Assembly (NCBI GenBank): GCA_050084985.1
Contig: JBITNC010000001.1
Coordinates: 121,892,001-121,956,000 of the forward strand
From: Nageia nagi
Lineage: Eukaryota > Plantae > Pinophyta
Length of the DNA: 64,000 nucleotides
Direction of reading: 5' to 3'
Shown piece after piece: positions 1-14,049 of this stretch (its first letter is position 1; every line of letters starts with the position of its first letter). Below the pieces are notes generated by a model. The model searched no databases and had not been told where the DNA came from. It saw only the letters and a list, made by a program, of their open reading frames with translations. The translations under genes were made by a program, and so were the position numbers.

Positions 1-3000
1 ATGAATCAATTGGTTGACCTTGGTGCTACTTCTAAATCATATTTTTCAAATGATAGCAGTAGATTATCTACCAATATTTTGTACTTTTGTAGTAGATATT
101 CTTTACATTGAAAGATTCATTTATTCTAGTTTACAATCAATAATAAATAACCAATGAATTTAACCCTTTTTAGTTTTAATCACCATTATTTTTATAACTA
201 ATATCAGATCTTCATACTTAGTGTTATTATTTATGCATGGAAAATTAAGTTTGAAAGAATAACATTGAGGTGTAACAAATACAACACCAAAACCTTTGAT
301 TTTTTCACATCTTGATCCATCAAATTATATCACCATATCTCAATCTTCTTTATGGTCAATAGGGACTTCCATCTCATCTAATTGAAAAATATGTTCATTT
401 GGTAGTTCAAGGATGAGTGGTTTATCATCAAATAATGGTGCTTTCATGAGATAATCATCTATGACTTGACCTTTGATAGATTTTTGACTTATGAATTGTA
501 GGTCAAATTCAATTAGATGCATAATCTATTTGGATGTTCTTGCATTTTTGTAGGCTTTGTTCATCATGTATTTCAAAGGGTCTACTTTAACAATTACATA
601 TGTAGTGTGATTTAACATGTAATGAATCAATTTATTAGTTGTGAAAACCATATCTAAACATAATTTTCTAAGTATATGTATTTATTTCATAACCAAAGAG
701 GGCTCAACTAAGGTAATATATAGCTTGTTCCTTATTAGTTTTGCTCTTTTGAGCAATCATAGTTCCTAATGTTGATTATGTAGCAGACATGTATAGCAGG
801 AATGGTTCCCTTTCCTTAGGCAAAATTAAAACTAGAGGTGATAAAAGATATCATTTTATTTCATAAAATGCTTCTTATTGTTCATTACCCTAGTGGAATG
901 TAATCTCCTTATTTAATAGTCTATTAAATGGTTTACACTTATCTAATAATTGAGAGATAAAACATCTTATAACTTGTAGCTTACCTTGTAAACTTTGTAA
1001 TTATTTTATATTTGAAGGGGGAGGCATATTCACTATTGCTTTTATTTTATTAGGATACACTCTAATTCCTCACCTAGAAATAATAAAACCTAATAATTTT
1101 CCTTAAGTTACTCCAAAAGATATTTCTTGGGGTTTAATCAAATACTATGCTCTAGTAGTATATCAAATATTTTGACGAGCACCTTTGTATGGTCCTCTTG
1201 AGTTTTAGATTTGGCTAATACATCATCCATGTAATCTTCCATAATATCATGCATGTAATCATGAAAAATGTATGTCATTTCCCTTTGATAATTAGCTCCT
1301 ACATTCTTTAATCCAAATGGCATTACCTTATAACAAAATGTTCCCCAAGGCATTCTAAATGCTATCTTATGTTGATCTTCTAATGCTACTTTTATCTAGT
1401 TATATCCTAAAAACCCATCCATAAGAGATACGATTTCATGTATAGTAGTAGAATTAACCAAAATAACTATGTTTGGTAGTGGAAAATCATCCTTAGGGAA
1501 AGCTTTATTTAAGTCCCTAAAGTTTGTACATATGCAAATCTTTCCACTAGACTTTTTAATTGGTACCATGTTAGAAATCCATTTAGAATAATCAATGGGA
1601 TGGATTAATTTGACATCTAAAAGTTTGTTACTCTTATTTCATCATTAATGCTATTTTTGAATGCATTTTATGTAATTTTTATTTGACAGTTTGGAATCTT
1701 CTTTAATAACCAATTTATGTACTACCAAGTCAGAATCCAGTCTTGACATATCAATGTATGACCATGCAAATATCTTCTATTTTTCTTTAAGTATACATAC
1801 AAATTCTTATCTCTTACTTTAATTTAGTGATTTTTGTATTTGAATAATCTTAGGATTGTTAGGATCATCACTTAAGTCAACCTTAATAGTTTCTTCAATT
1901 AACATGTCAGACCTTTCCTCCAACTAATTTGGTATCGGAATTCAATTTTTAACATATATGTTGTACTCTTGATATTCACCTAAATATTGGTCTTCTAAGG
2001 TGGTGTTTATGGTGAAGTTTTAGGTTTGTAATATAGTGTCTATATCCTTGAAATATCATATTGTGGGTTGTTCAAAATATAATGTGAATTCTATAGTATA
2101 TTCATCTACCAATAAGTATGATGAAGAAATACTTGAGCTTACTGGACTTGATGATTCAAACTCATCTCTCCTAGATGAGTCAAAAGATACTATTTTTAAG
2201 GCTTAATCAAATATTTATGTGATTTCTACCATATTACTTGATACAACATTGGGAATAACCTTTCTATAGATAATGTTTCATATTCCACATTATCTTGACT
2301 TGTTATCCCTTTAGATTTTTCACACAACTTTTCATATTTTAGCATTTTTAGTTCTAGCTCAACTATTTTGCAACCAGATTCTATTTGATTCTTATTCATG
2401 TATCCCAATCATGTTTTATTAGTGTTTAATTGGTAATAAATAATTATTTTATATATAGTTCTTTGTTCATATCACCCTAAACCTTATCCTTTCCATTAAC
2501 ATCTATTGAAATATATTTGGACAAATGATCTCACATAAGTGATAAATATTCTAAAAGACCCTCATGGGGTTGGTTAAAGGAAGTATAGGTGGTTCTATAG
2601 AACCTTTATAAAGGAAGGTTTTTTATTAGGAACTTTCCCTAATGGAACTAATTGCCCCACTACACTTGGAGATTCCTTTGTTCTTCTTATTTCTTGAGTA
2701 GAAGGAATATTGAAATTAACATCATTGATTCCAAATTCTCTTATACCATAATCTATCAATTTATGGTCATGGATAAATGTTTTATGACTTATGTTTTCTA
2801 GAAAATCATCACTTTTTACTGATGTATTCATAGGAGAATATATTTTTGATGAATAACCTTTACTTAACTCTCTAACTTTCATGCTCTTTCCTCCCATGTA
2901 CATCTTTCTTAGGATGTTGGTTATATTTTTATGTTGAATCATTATTGATCTTTTATTGAGCATTGGATAATTCTTAATTGATAATAAATTCTTCTTTCAA

Positions 3001-6000
3001 AGAGTTCAAGGAAGGATTATTTTTACCTACTCTTGTTATTGATGGTTTTTCTAGTAATATAGGTATTGTAAGATAATAAGTGGATGGCAAGCCACTTCTT
3101 TTGATAGATACACATTATTACAATGTTAATATGTATTTTAATCTCCATGTACATAATGCACTACACACTTGTGAATATACTTTAAATAATTATGATACAT
3201 TGATGGGATGCACTGCATGTCTCTAATCCAAGGTCTTCCTAAAATAATATTATACTGAGTTATGTCTCCTTCAATTACTTACAGTATTGTTTACACTATT
3301 TTAGATCCTATGATAATAGGTAATGAAATAGATCCCATTGTTGAATATAAAGCATCATTGAACACTTTTAATTACAAGTTTGATGCAAAAATATGTGAGA
3401 ATAGAAGATTTAAATTTATATGCATAGTTGTTGAAATAATGTTTATCATTGAACCTTCATCAATTAATATTCTTTTAAAACTCTTTCCATCCACTTTAGC
3501 TATGATATCCAAGGGAGGATATTGATCATGTATTTTATTTTATTTTTTAACTTCATGATCATAGAACACAATAGTAGGTTTTTGACTTGCTTTAATGCTT
3601 CCTACAAAAGACACAAAGCTTTCAAGTTCATTTATGTCCAATTCAATTATTTGTAATAACTGATTCATCACATCTCTATGATTCTTAGATTGTTGTAGTA
3701 ACTCAAATAAAGATATTTTCACTTGTAAATTCTTTAATTGTTTATGTAAGGCCCCTTTCACTAAAACCTTAAGGGGTTGAGGTATAGGTATATTGGGTTG
3801 TGCAATAGCCTCATCTAGTTGATTGTATAGAATATTATATTTCCTTTCTTTATTCCTTTGAGCTCTCATGGTAATGTTTACCATCCCTACAAATGTTGAG
3901 TTGTAATAACTCTAATTGTGTTTCACTTGATTCTCATGTGGATGCAATGACATGTTATTAGCTTGATGTTGAGGAAGAGGATTTTGATAAATTCCCAAAT
4001 TTTGATTAGTTATATCTAGGGGATTATCGACTTCCAATTTTCCTCAATCAATCAAATTTTGATTTTTATGTTCTAAATTCTTGCACTTATTTATGTCATG
4101 ACCTTTTTAATGATGGAAATGACAGTATTCATTTTCATTATACCATCTACTATTTTTATCATTCATATGTTTAGGTTTTATCTCTAGTAATGTAATTACT
4201 TGATGATCACAAAGTTTCTTTAGAATATCATAAAGGGACTCTAACAAATGTGTGAAATTTCTTATTGTTATAAAGTATTTTTCCTCATTTTGTGAAGGAT
4301 TTGGTTCTTCTTATTTGGTGATAGAAACTTTGTTGGCCAATGATGTTTTACTTATTTTTTCTATTTGATTTTTTTTAACATAAGATTCTTTTTTCTTACC
4401 TTTTATTTCACCATCTTGGATTTTTACCTTTTCAATTATGATATCTTGGGAGATAGCTTATTCAAAGGTATTATGTTGTTGGATTAATAAGGTACTAGTA
4501 ATAAGTCTTAAACAACTTTGACTAAACATTTTTACCAATACTTCTTGAGGTAGAGTGTAGGGCATGCTTATCAATATTACCCTCCATCTTGAGATGAAAT
4601 TAGTAATCGATTCATCATGAAATTGTTCTAATCTTGTATGATCATTAATGGAGGTTTTATCTTTGATATTTATCCCCAAGAAATAGATTTTCCAACTATG
4701 CGTATGAACAAATACTATATTTTGTTAATTTATTATACCAGTCCATTGCTTTTCTAACAAGTGTCATGGGAAAGATGCACAACATCAATGCATCATCATT
4801 AGCAATAACATATATTGAATACTTAAGTCATATATGTTCTTCAGGATCTTCCTTTTCTTTGAACATCTCAATTTTTGGGATTTCAAATTTGAAAGGAATT
4901 TGCTTTTCAGAAAAACTTGGATGAATTAGTTCATTGCAAATTATTTCATATGACATGTTTTGTTTACTTTACAAATGTAACTCTTTTTCAATTTTGATCA
5001 ATCTTTTATAAATATCATCCTATTTTCATAGTTGAATTTGATGCATGGGATATTCATCATTTCTATGATCCACTTTTCCTTCATACCTTAGTAATGATTC
5101 ATATCTTTGTTCATAAGGTGTTTGGGCATCATAGTAAACTCCATCATATGGTGGATAAGGTGATGGAGTTTGATATGGAGGTAGTTGTTGTTGCATTTGT
5201 TGTTGATGTAGTGGTGTAGGAGGGTAATACGATTGGCCCTTATTTCTAAGTGGAGGTAAATGATACCTTTGAAGCTCATCTTATCATTTTTTGAGAGAAG
5301 CCTCTTTTCTCTTAGCCAGGTAAGGGTCTTGATATTTATACACCCCATGACCTTATGGAGATAGAGATCATGCTCTAGATTTTTTTTATTATTCACCATC
5401 ATTTGATTAGGTACAGGTTGGATTTGAACATTTTCCTTATTAGGTTATCTTATTAGTACCCTATTTTGATGTACATTGAGCATGGGTTATGCTTGCAATC
5501 ATGGTTGTTGAATGAATTCTATAGGATTAGCTTGTTTTTAGACACTTGGATTATACAAAACCATTTATTGTTATGGTTAGCATTGTATATTATTTTGAGG
5601 TGGATTCTCTTTCCTACGCACATAGGGAGGTATTCCTTGTAATTTAAACCTTGTTAGATCAAGGTTGTTTCTCACATCACATTCTTGTCTAAGGATTCTA
5701 TGGATTTACAAAGGAGCTAGTGTGTATATTTTAAAACATAACAAGAATTATTATAAACTCTAGAATGATCTCTCAATTCTTACATAGGGGTAGTTGTGTG
5801 TATGGACATTTGATCATCAAATTTTTCCATTTGCCTAGAGATAGTGAAAAGCATATAATCATATCTTCATAGATATGATTACACTAAATGTTCATCTGAT
5901 AGATATCATGTGACATGATCATACTTAGGTCTAAAAGGGCCTATTTGGAGTATGGTATCAGTTTAATGAGTTTATGAAGTAGGTATATTTCTTAGTACAA

Positions 6001-6230
6001 TCTCTTCTACATCATCAACTTGTTATGTATCTTCTACTAAATAATATAGATTTAGAGGAAGGCTATGGGGATGAGAAGAATTAGATATTCTTAATTGTGC
6101 TAAATAGTTTATAACTATATATAATTCATTATCAATAGGATTTAGATAGGCTATATTTTTTTTTCGAAGAGTTTCTCTTCTCAAAGTGTTCCTACTAGAC
6201 CTATGACTTCTTCTTATTCTAATCTCATTG
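1..6230 (-). pseudogene. gag-pol polyprotein remnant (gag, protease, RT, RNase H, aRH) with many stops and frameshifts
   Basis: Fragmentary ORFs 340-522, 1138-1353, 3540-3884 and 4458-4679 carry recognisable gag/pol motifs in the expected order. Confidence 0.85.
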
Positions 6231-7054
6231 TTCAGTTCTTATTTATTTGTATTTTTATTTTTATTTTTATTTATTTGTATTTTTAGTTTTATTTTTCTTT
6301 TATACCATACTATAATTAAAATAAAGAAAACATTGAACATAGCAATTCTATTTTTATCTTTTGAATTTATGTTTGAGAGAAAACAATTATATGCACAAAT
6401 AACCTACATGCATACTCACCTTTTTTATGTGATTAACTTTTCTAGATTTTTGGTATATTAAATTAATATTTTTAATATTAATGGTATGAATTGTATATTT
6501 TAATCTTGTTAATTTTTCTAAATTATTTTTTTAATCAAATGTTTAAGCAAGGTAGCTAGGCTGGTAATCCTATAAGTAATCTAGGGATAAGTAACAACTT
6601 GGTACTTAAATTGGTCCCCATTATGCAATGGGGCTCAAGGAATATTGTTGAGAACTCTTGGTGATAAAATCTAAGTATAACCCCCTTTTTTATAGTCATT
6701 TGATGGAAAGTAAAACTTCTAACCTATGAGCTTTGTATTCATCTCTAGGTTTTGGCTTTAAGGCTCATTATATTTTATCGATGAGAATATGAGAGAATAA
6801 GAATCAATGATTGCTAATAACATCCAAATAATTGATTTCATTTTTAAAAGGTCTCATATTATGCATTTAATAAAATAAAATACTAATGAGTGCAACTTCT
6901 AACCCTCCCAATCATACATGTCCATTAATTCAAACTTTTTAATGTGATTCAAATAATATATTAATTAATGTGAAAGTTAATCTAGATACAATGAGATTTA
7001 TTACCTTTAATGAGGTTCATTAACCAAATAAAATATTAAAATCTTGCTTATTAC

Positions 7055-7230
7055 TTATTCTTAGAGTCACAATCCTTTGATAACCTCTCAGCATGGTAAG
7101 GTAGATAAGTAAGAAGCCATTAATGTGAGTAAATTTACTTTAATGCAAATTTATTCCCCTTCTTATGAGTCACAATCTATCAACCACCTCTTGGTGTGGT
7201 AAGGAAAACAAGTAAGAGTATTAATATGTA
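7055..7230. repeat. Diverged ~100-bp-period direct repeat in the element's 5' UTR
   Basis: ttcttagagtcacaatc...tggtaagg...aagtaaga...attaat occurs at ~7058 and ~7160. Confidence 0.55.
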
Positions 7231-7960
7231 GAGTATAACCACCAAATTTATTAACCAATTTAGTGTACCCTAATCTACCTGAAACCCGATAAATTCTCCT
7301 TATGTTCATTCCAATTTTAATGACTATTAATTACTCATTCCAAGTGTGTAATTAACTTAGTGTAAATTCATTTACTATTTTATTATGATAAAGTGAAAAA
7401 ATAAAAGGCTCATTTACCCTTTTTCTATCACATCCATTTTGGTCACCTCTATATCACTTTTTAGTGCAAAGGGAGAGCATAGGTGGAAAGAATAGAAAAA
7501 TTTTAAGTGAGCGAGTTTGTTTATTTGTATGATCCATTCTCAAAAAGAGAATAAGTAAATAAAATTTAGAAACTTATCCAAATAAATGCAAAAAATAATG
7601 CATATTATTAGTGATATTCAATATCCTCCCTTTATGCATTCTGAGCATAGGGATCACAAGTAAGATGTTCATTTCTAATCCTCAATCTTAATTCCTAAGG
7701 TGTGCTTATGAAATTGATAAGAATAAAAAAATTTGACCTTATACTAATAGTCATTGGCATTTTGATAGAGTCACTAGCATTTTAATCCAATCACTAACAT
7801 CCAATTCTCAATCACTGATCTTTTTGCAACTTAATCCTGAAAAATATAGAACACAAAATGAAATTATTTCACTACCACATGACATAAACTATAAACACAT
7901 GCATAAAAACATGGAAAAAACCCCTACATCTTATCATTGATGTTGTTTGCATGAGAGGGG

Positions 7961-7978
7961 CCCTCCTTCTAGTGCTTA
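7961..7978 (-). promoter_or_regulatory. Primer binding site, most likely tRNA-Asn
   Basis: Plus strand ccctccttctagtgctta resembles CCCTCCTTCTAGCGCCA (3' end of plant tRNA-Asn, from recall) and lies 3 nt from the LTR edge TGTTG at 7982. Confidence 0.65.
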
Positions 7979-7981
7979 GAA

Positions 7982-8833
7982 TGTTGTACTCAAAAAGTAA
8001 CCCTATTAGCAAATAAGATAAGATATGTTACAACTAATATTTTTCTTTATTGCTCTTGATTAGACCATCAAATTATTACAAATGATGAATCTATTTCAAT
8101 CTGGTTTGCTTGCAAAAAAGGCTTTTTTATAAAATAATGTTTAGGACTTCATAGGTTTGATTTTAGTTTCTACAAGATTTGAGGATTGTCTTCTAAAACC
8201 TATAAGAAGAATATGGGTCTCTTAGTTATATTCAACTCTTTAAGACTTTCTTCCATCAATTCAGTTGCTATGCACCTATAGACCTTGCACACATGCAAAT
8301 AGAAAATACATCAAACATGCATGTTCATATCATAAAATCAACATAACAAAAATATAAATAAGCATATAAAATGTATAATAATAATGCATCTAAATTAGTA
8401 AAACTTGGATGTGTTTTGATAGAGTAAATTTGCATTCAAATTGGGTCCCTTTGCTTCATGATTGAAGGATTTATTTATAGATTTTGGATAAAATCAAATT
8501 TTCTAATTTTTAGATAAAAATCTATATAGAAAAGCCTATCCAACTTTTTTCATGGCTATGATTTGAAGTGGGGATGCATGGGATGTATGATTAGTCATCC
8601 ATTATCCTTTGCTTTCTTTACAAGATGCTTCAGGTGTTGCCATTTTTATTTTGCTTTTGCCAACTTCATAATCATCGATGTCCAAGTACTGAATGCCAAT
8701 GATTGGTATGAGTTATCATTTTCCAAGTGTTGGGCACTAGTGTTTGATAGACTATAGTAAACTTTTTAATTTACTTTAATTTTTTCACACTTCTTTTGTC
8801 TATCGAAAGAAGGGTCATTTTTAGGTGTCTACA
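7982..8833 (-). repeat. 5' LTR of the first Tat element (~850 bp)
   Basis: TG...CA ends (tgttgtact...ggtgtctaca) next to the PBS. The terminus atttttaggtgtctaca nearly matches the terminus of the 16934/35136 LTR pair. The core at 8280-8480 resembles the solo LTR at 32780-33100. Confidence 0.7.
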
Positions 8834-9736
8834 CTCTGACAAACATGGTGAGAAAGAAATGGGTTTTATGGTGAAGGATTTCTTGAATAAGACTCCTAAT
8901 GACAACCATATCAATGATAAAAATAATCTTTTTGAATTCAGGATTTCTTCCATATTTATAAATTTTATATGCAAACACAATTCAAAGTCTTTTATGTTCA
9001 ATTTCAAAAGAGTTTATATAAGTTATGTAATGTTGATTTTGTATACAATGGGGTATTTAAATTTATTTGGGGTTTTTTTTTACTTCAATCAAATGTTTTT
9101 CATTCATAGATTAACATAAAACTTGTGATCTTTGCAAGAAGAGTTTTATCATATTACTTTTTAATATTTTAATCCTTAAAAAGGTAATTAACATTCCTTT
9201 AAAGCATGGATTAAAGAAAATATTATTGATAATACATGAAAGGAAGCTATTTGATTGCTTTTAGAAAAGAGAGAAAAAATTTAATTTAAGCATAAATAAA
9301 ATTATATATATTTATATGTAAAATTTTAAATATTTTTATAAAATTTAAAATTATATATATAATATTTAATAATCATCTTTTTTCAATAAATTATTTCCTA
9401 GATTTTGAAATTGCCATCTTCATTATATGCACTTCTATAGGAATAGCCAACATGATAATCAAAATTGCCTTTTTTATAAAATTATAAATTAGAAATTTTT
9501 CTTAAAATAAACCTTAATTAACCATCATCTCTCATGTTTTGGTTCCTTTATCAATTAGGGTATTACTTGCCACCTATTATGTTCTAATTCCTTTGTTAAT
9601 TGGGTATTGATCATTATCTTTGTATATTTTTATTCCTTTGTAAGTTTAGGATATTAATTATCACCCTTTTTTATGTTTAGCATAAGAACCATCATTACAC
9701 TTGCCATTTCATATAACACCTTAATTCTTACAGCTA

Positions 9737-9805
9737 CATATGAACTATCACATTGATGGTTCATATATGAACTATCACATTGATGGTTCATATATGAACC
9801 ATCAC
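9737..9805. repeat. 27-bp tandem repeat, ~2.5 copies
   Basis: tatgaactatcacattgatggttcata repeated; appears as SSYMNHQCD repeats in ORF 9654-9845. Confidence 0.85.
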
Positions 9806-10261
9806 TTATCCATGAATAGGCATTACATGACACCATGATGATCAAGATTTATGCCATAACATTATGCTTTTTGCAAGATAATAATTGAATTGGATTTATA
9901 GGTTGGTTTTTTAATTAACCATCATAATTATATGAATGGGGCATTAAATTCTTGCATGACAATATATATTAATTTCATATTTGCTCTAATAATTGGTAAG
10001 TCTTTCAAGATGAAACATATATATTTTTTGGATATGGTATTTCTTATTTCTTTAACAAGTTCTTTGCCTTAATTTCTTCACTCTTTTTTGAGGCTCATTA
10101 TTGTAAAAACCAAGGTAAAGAAGGGTAAGGATACCCACTCAAAAGGGTCCCTAAAAGATACTTCTATATTCAAGGAATTACTCTCTCACTTTTTTTTAAA
10201 TTTTTCTTAGGAATTTATCTTCCTTTGTAAGAAAAATTTCATTTCATTACTTTTCACTTTC

Positions 10262-11821
10262 AAAGGGGGGGGGGATTTTTAATACCTTAAAATGAATCAT
10301 CGTATTTCTTCTACATGGTGATATCTCATATGTTGTGTTATTTATTATGTATAAAACATTGTAATGTCCTTGGTTGAATTCACCAATAAAGTCTATCCAT
10401 GCTTATAAACACCCTCATATGAGATATATTATGGACATAGATTACAAATTTATCTTGATATCCTAATCTTATACCTAGGTGTTTCTTAATATCGCTTATC
10501 ATGTTTGGAATTTGATCTAGCAATATATATTATCTTATTTCTTTCCATGAATAGGTCTAATATCACATGAATTATTAGTCAATAACTTGGTGATATATGA
10601 TATTCTAATTACCTAATGATATTGGAAAACTTACTTGGGTGATCTCTATGGTATCATAGGGTGAAACCACTCATTTCCATCCTTTTGCTATCTGGATATC
10701 TTTCCATGACTTATCCTTCAACCTACATAATTTATTTTGTTGTGTGATCCATCATTCCAAGTAAGTACATAGGTTTGTTAGTTCTCATCCCTATTCTTGA
10801 TAGGTAGGTTGAATTAATATTTATCATATTGTTTCTAGTAAATCATTTCAATATTCATTTATTATAGTTGATATATTTGTTTGATGTTATTGTTATGTTA
10901 ATTAAGATTATATCTAGTTAATTTTCGATATCAACAATGTTAGCCAATTATTCTTATAATTTAGTTAATAAATTGATTAACCTTACCACTTATTTACTCA
11001 ATTTAGGATTTTATAACCTATTTTTATTTTTTTTAAGAGGTATATATTTTTTCTTGAAACTTTTAGTATCATTTGTTTTTATATTCCCTCATGTCCAAGG
11101 TGCCATGATTGGTTTTTATTTCAAGACAAATTTGTTTGAATATTTTATTCTCATTTTAGAGGCATATTGAATAATATTATTCATTATGATAAAATCATTA
11201 TAATTCTAATTTTTATTCAATTCACATTCTTTTATAACAAGTTTACAAATGATGGATCTATTTCTAGTCATCATTTGTCCTCCAAAATATTTTAATTTAC
11301 ATCAAGTTTTCTAATGTATGTTATCACATCCTTGGAGACATCAAGTTATTGTCTTTGATTAAATATATTTAAATCAATCCTTAAAAATATAATTTTATCC
11401 TTAACATGATTCATTGATAAATTTATTTTGTAACACAACCATAAATTCCTTTGAAGTAGGTTCGTGGTTAGGCAACAAGATAGTAGTCTCTACTCACCTT
11501 ATTTTACCTCATTTTTTTCTTTTTTCCATAATTCCACTTTTCCCTTTTACTATTTCTTCATTTCATATGATATTATATAATTTTTTAGTTAAGCAATTAT
11601 TTTATCCTAATTAATAAGTTATAGTGTTTGAGCCTTTGTCTTTGATACCAAATGTAATGCCTCTCTAGTTCATGAACTAAATATAGTAATAAATCCTTTT
11701 ATGATTTTCCTTTATTATTATAAAAATAATAATGATATAGTATCTCCCTAATATATTAAATACTCATTTAAAATTATAATCAAATTATTTTACATTAATT
11801 TCATTATCATATCATATTACA
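10262..11821. mobile_element. Highly eroded LTR-retrotransposon fragments
   Basis: Polypurine tract aaagggggggggga at ~10262. LTR-like start tgtaatgtcc at 10360. Minus-strand tRNA-Met PBS remnant (tttgatacca, 11641-11650) next to a TGTAAT...ATTACA segment (11653-11821). No coding motifs resolved. Confidence 0.35.
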
Positions 11822-12890
11822 CCCTATATATTGATGATAAGAGAGTTGTATATTACTTTTATACCTAAACTAAGTTCGTATATTGTTCTCTCTACACTTG
11901 AACATTAATTCTCAATGTATGAATGAATAAATCAATGACATAAATTTTAGAGTTAAAAATCTCACATGTATTACACATTCAATACTACATAAACTATGCA
12001 ACTCTAACGTATATAAATGTTAACTCTAAATACAAGAAAGCCATTCTTTCAAGACAGGAAAATATATGATGTGTTGTTTGCATTTTTCTATACATAATAA
12101 TTGCATAAACAAATTCAATGAATACAAGTCATTTTTTACAATCAAATTTACATGTATTCATGTTTCTAATGATTTCATAACATAATTTCATTTTATATAT
12201 GAAATTTGGAATACTCTAGTCTATATTTTCAAGTATAAAATTCAACTTATTATTGCATGTTTGCATATATTTTAAACAAAAAATTTCATTTGCATGAATT
12301 GAATAAGTATTTATACTTATTCATTCAAATATTTCTTATGATTAATTATTCAAGTATCACTTTATTAATAAGTGTAAATGTAGAAAATGCAAAATATTTA
12401 GTAAAATTATACATGCATTACTTAATATGTATCACATGAATGTATTTTGTTCAAGTATATCTTAATATGATTAAGTAAAATATTTCTCAAGTACTTGATA
12501 TAAATGGAATACAATTGCTTCAAAGATGAGTGAAATTCATTTTGGCCTCATCCTAAAATGTATAAATGCAAATTCATTCATATAGTTCCTAACATGTATA
12601 AGTGCATATTCACTGAAGTATCCTTAATATATAATTTATTAAAGCATTCCTATCATGCATTTACACCAATGCACTCTTTTCAAACCATGATGTTTACTAA
12701 GTTTAAAACCCATGCTTATGATTTGGGTGTTAAATAAATTTATATTATTATTTTATACTAACATTTTAAATTAACCTTTCAATATTTTAAACTAATATCA
12801 AATGCATATTGTATTCAAGTAATAATAATAACATAATTTTATGATTTTATATTTCACCTAACATTTATCATTAACATGCATTTATAATTA

Positions 12891-13600
12891 GGCTCAAAGG
12901 GGGTGGTAGAGGTTGATAGCCTAACCTGTTAGAATAATGACATGCAAACAAAACCACTTTAGGAGGAAGGAAAGGGGAACCCCCAACCTAACACCATGGA
13001 AGTAGATGAATCTACTAGCTAACCCTAAGAGAATATGATGGAGGAACCCAAGAAAGAAATAATAGGGGTTGAGGATGAATGGAACCCCCCATAGAGGGGA
13101 TCACAATGGACCCTATGGATGATCAAGTGGTGGAACCAAGTTAAATGGAGCTTACCTTAGTTTAAACTAAGGTAGAAATGGTTGATAGTGAAGATGACCC
13201 TAAGAAGGATACCTCTAAATTAGTTGAGCTTGAAGAACCACTAGCCCAACCAGAGGAGGAGGGTTAAGACACAACCTTAGCTTTGGAACTCATCTTAAGA
13301 GCTTATAGCCAACCTAGCCTTTTAGACTAGCAAAATGAGCCTAAGAAGGATCAACTGACTTGGGAAAAAGGAAAAGGAAACATCTTAGGAGCTACATAGA
13401 CCCCAATCAAGATAATACCAATTACTGTAAGGAAACTAGGGAGCCCAACTCTAAGAGGTCTAATAAAAAATCCCTTAAGAAGAGGAGAATGAGAGGCTCT
13501 ATTACCAGCATTCCAACACCTAAAGGAACCTATGACCCTAATTAGCCAAGGCCTAATACTAAGAAGAAGGGATAGGATCCTTCCTTCTAGGCATAATGAA
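12891..13600 (+). other. Decayed exon-like, acidic/proline-rich coding remnant, possibly from a DNA-transposon gene
   Basis: Purine-rich island after an AT-rich stretch ending ...attag. One frame reads EMVDSEDDPKKDTSKLVELEEPLAQPEEEG with scattered stops. No family recognised. Confidence 0.25.
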
Positions 13601-14049
13601 TTTCTTTTCAATCTATTTTGTAAAGTTGCATGTTAGGGTTAATATGTATGCACCAATGGCTATAATTTAGCTATAGTATAATGATATGTAGGTAGTGAAA
13701 TAGTTGTAGTAGTATTATTTTGAGAAAATTTAGAATATGAATACCTCTAAATTGTAACAAGCTTTGGAGACTATCAAAATTTGGGTGCTTTTTTATAATA
13801 TATTTAACTTTTATAAAAAAAATATGCATCTATGGATACATATTTCTCATTTCAATCAATATGAGCTCATTAAAGTTCTTCCATTGTAACTGTTGAAGAA
13901 CTATACCCACTAAAAAATTTATCAACTTTTTCTTGAAGCTAAATTATATATCATTTCATAGAATTCAAATATATATGCAATTTTTTTCTCTTTCCTAAAA
14001 TAATAATATATTTCTACAAATTCTTCTTGCTTTAATCCTACATTCATAT

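Larger units (their letters stand above)
1..8833 (-). mobile_element. Degenerate Ty3/gypsy LTR retrotransposon, Tat lineage (second RNase H); the 3' part runs off the window
   Basis: Minus-strand RT peptide PWGTFCYKVMPFGLKN..YQREMTYIFHDYMHDIMEDYMDD (1138-1353). Tether EFDLQFISQKSIKGQVI followed by FDGS of the second RNase H (~310-520). Protease region NIILGRPWI (~3225-3255). Gag remnants at 4000-6230. PBS and LTR are listed separately. Confidence 0.9.
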
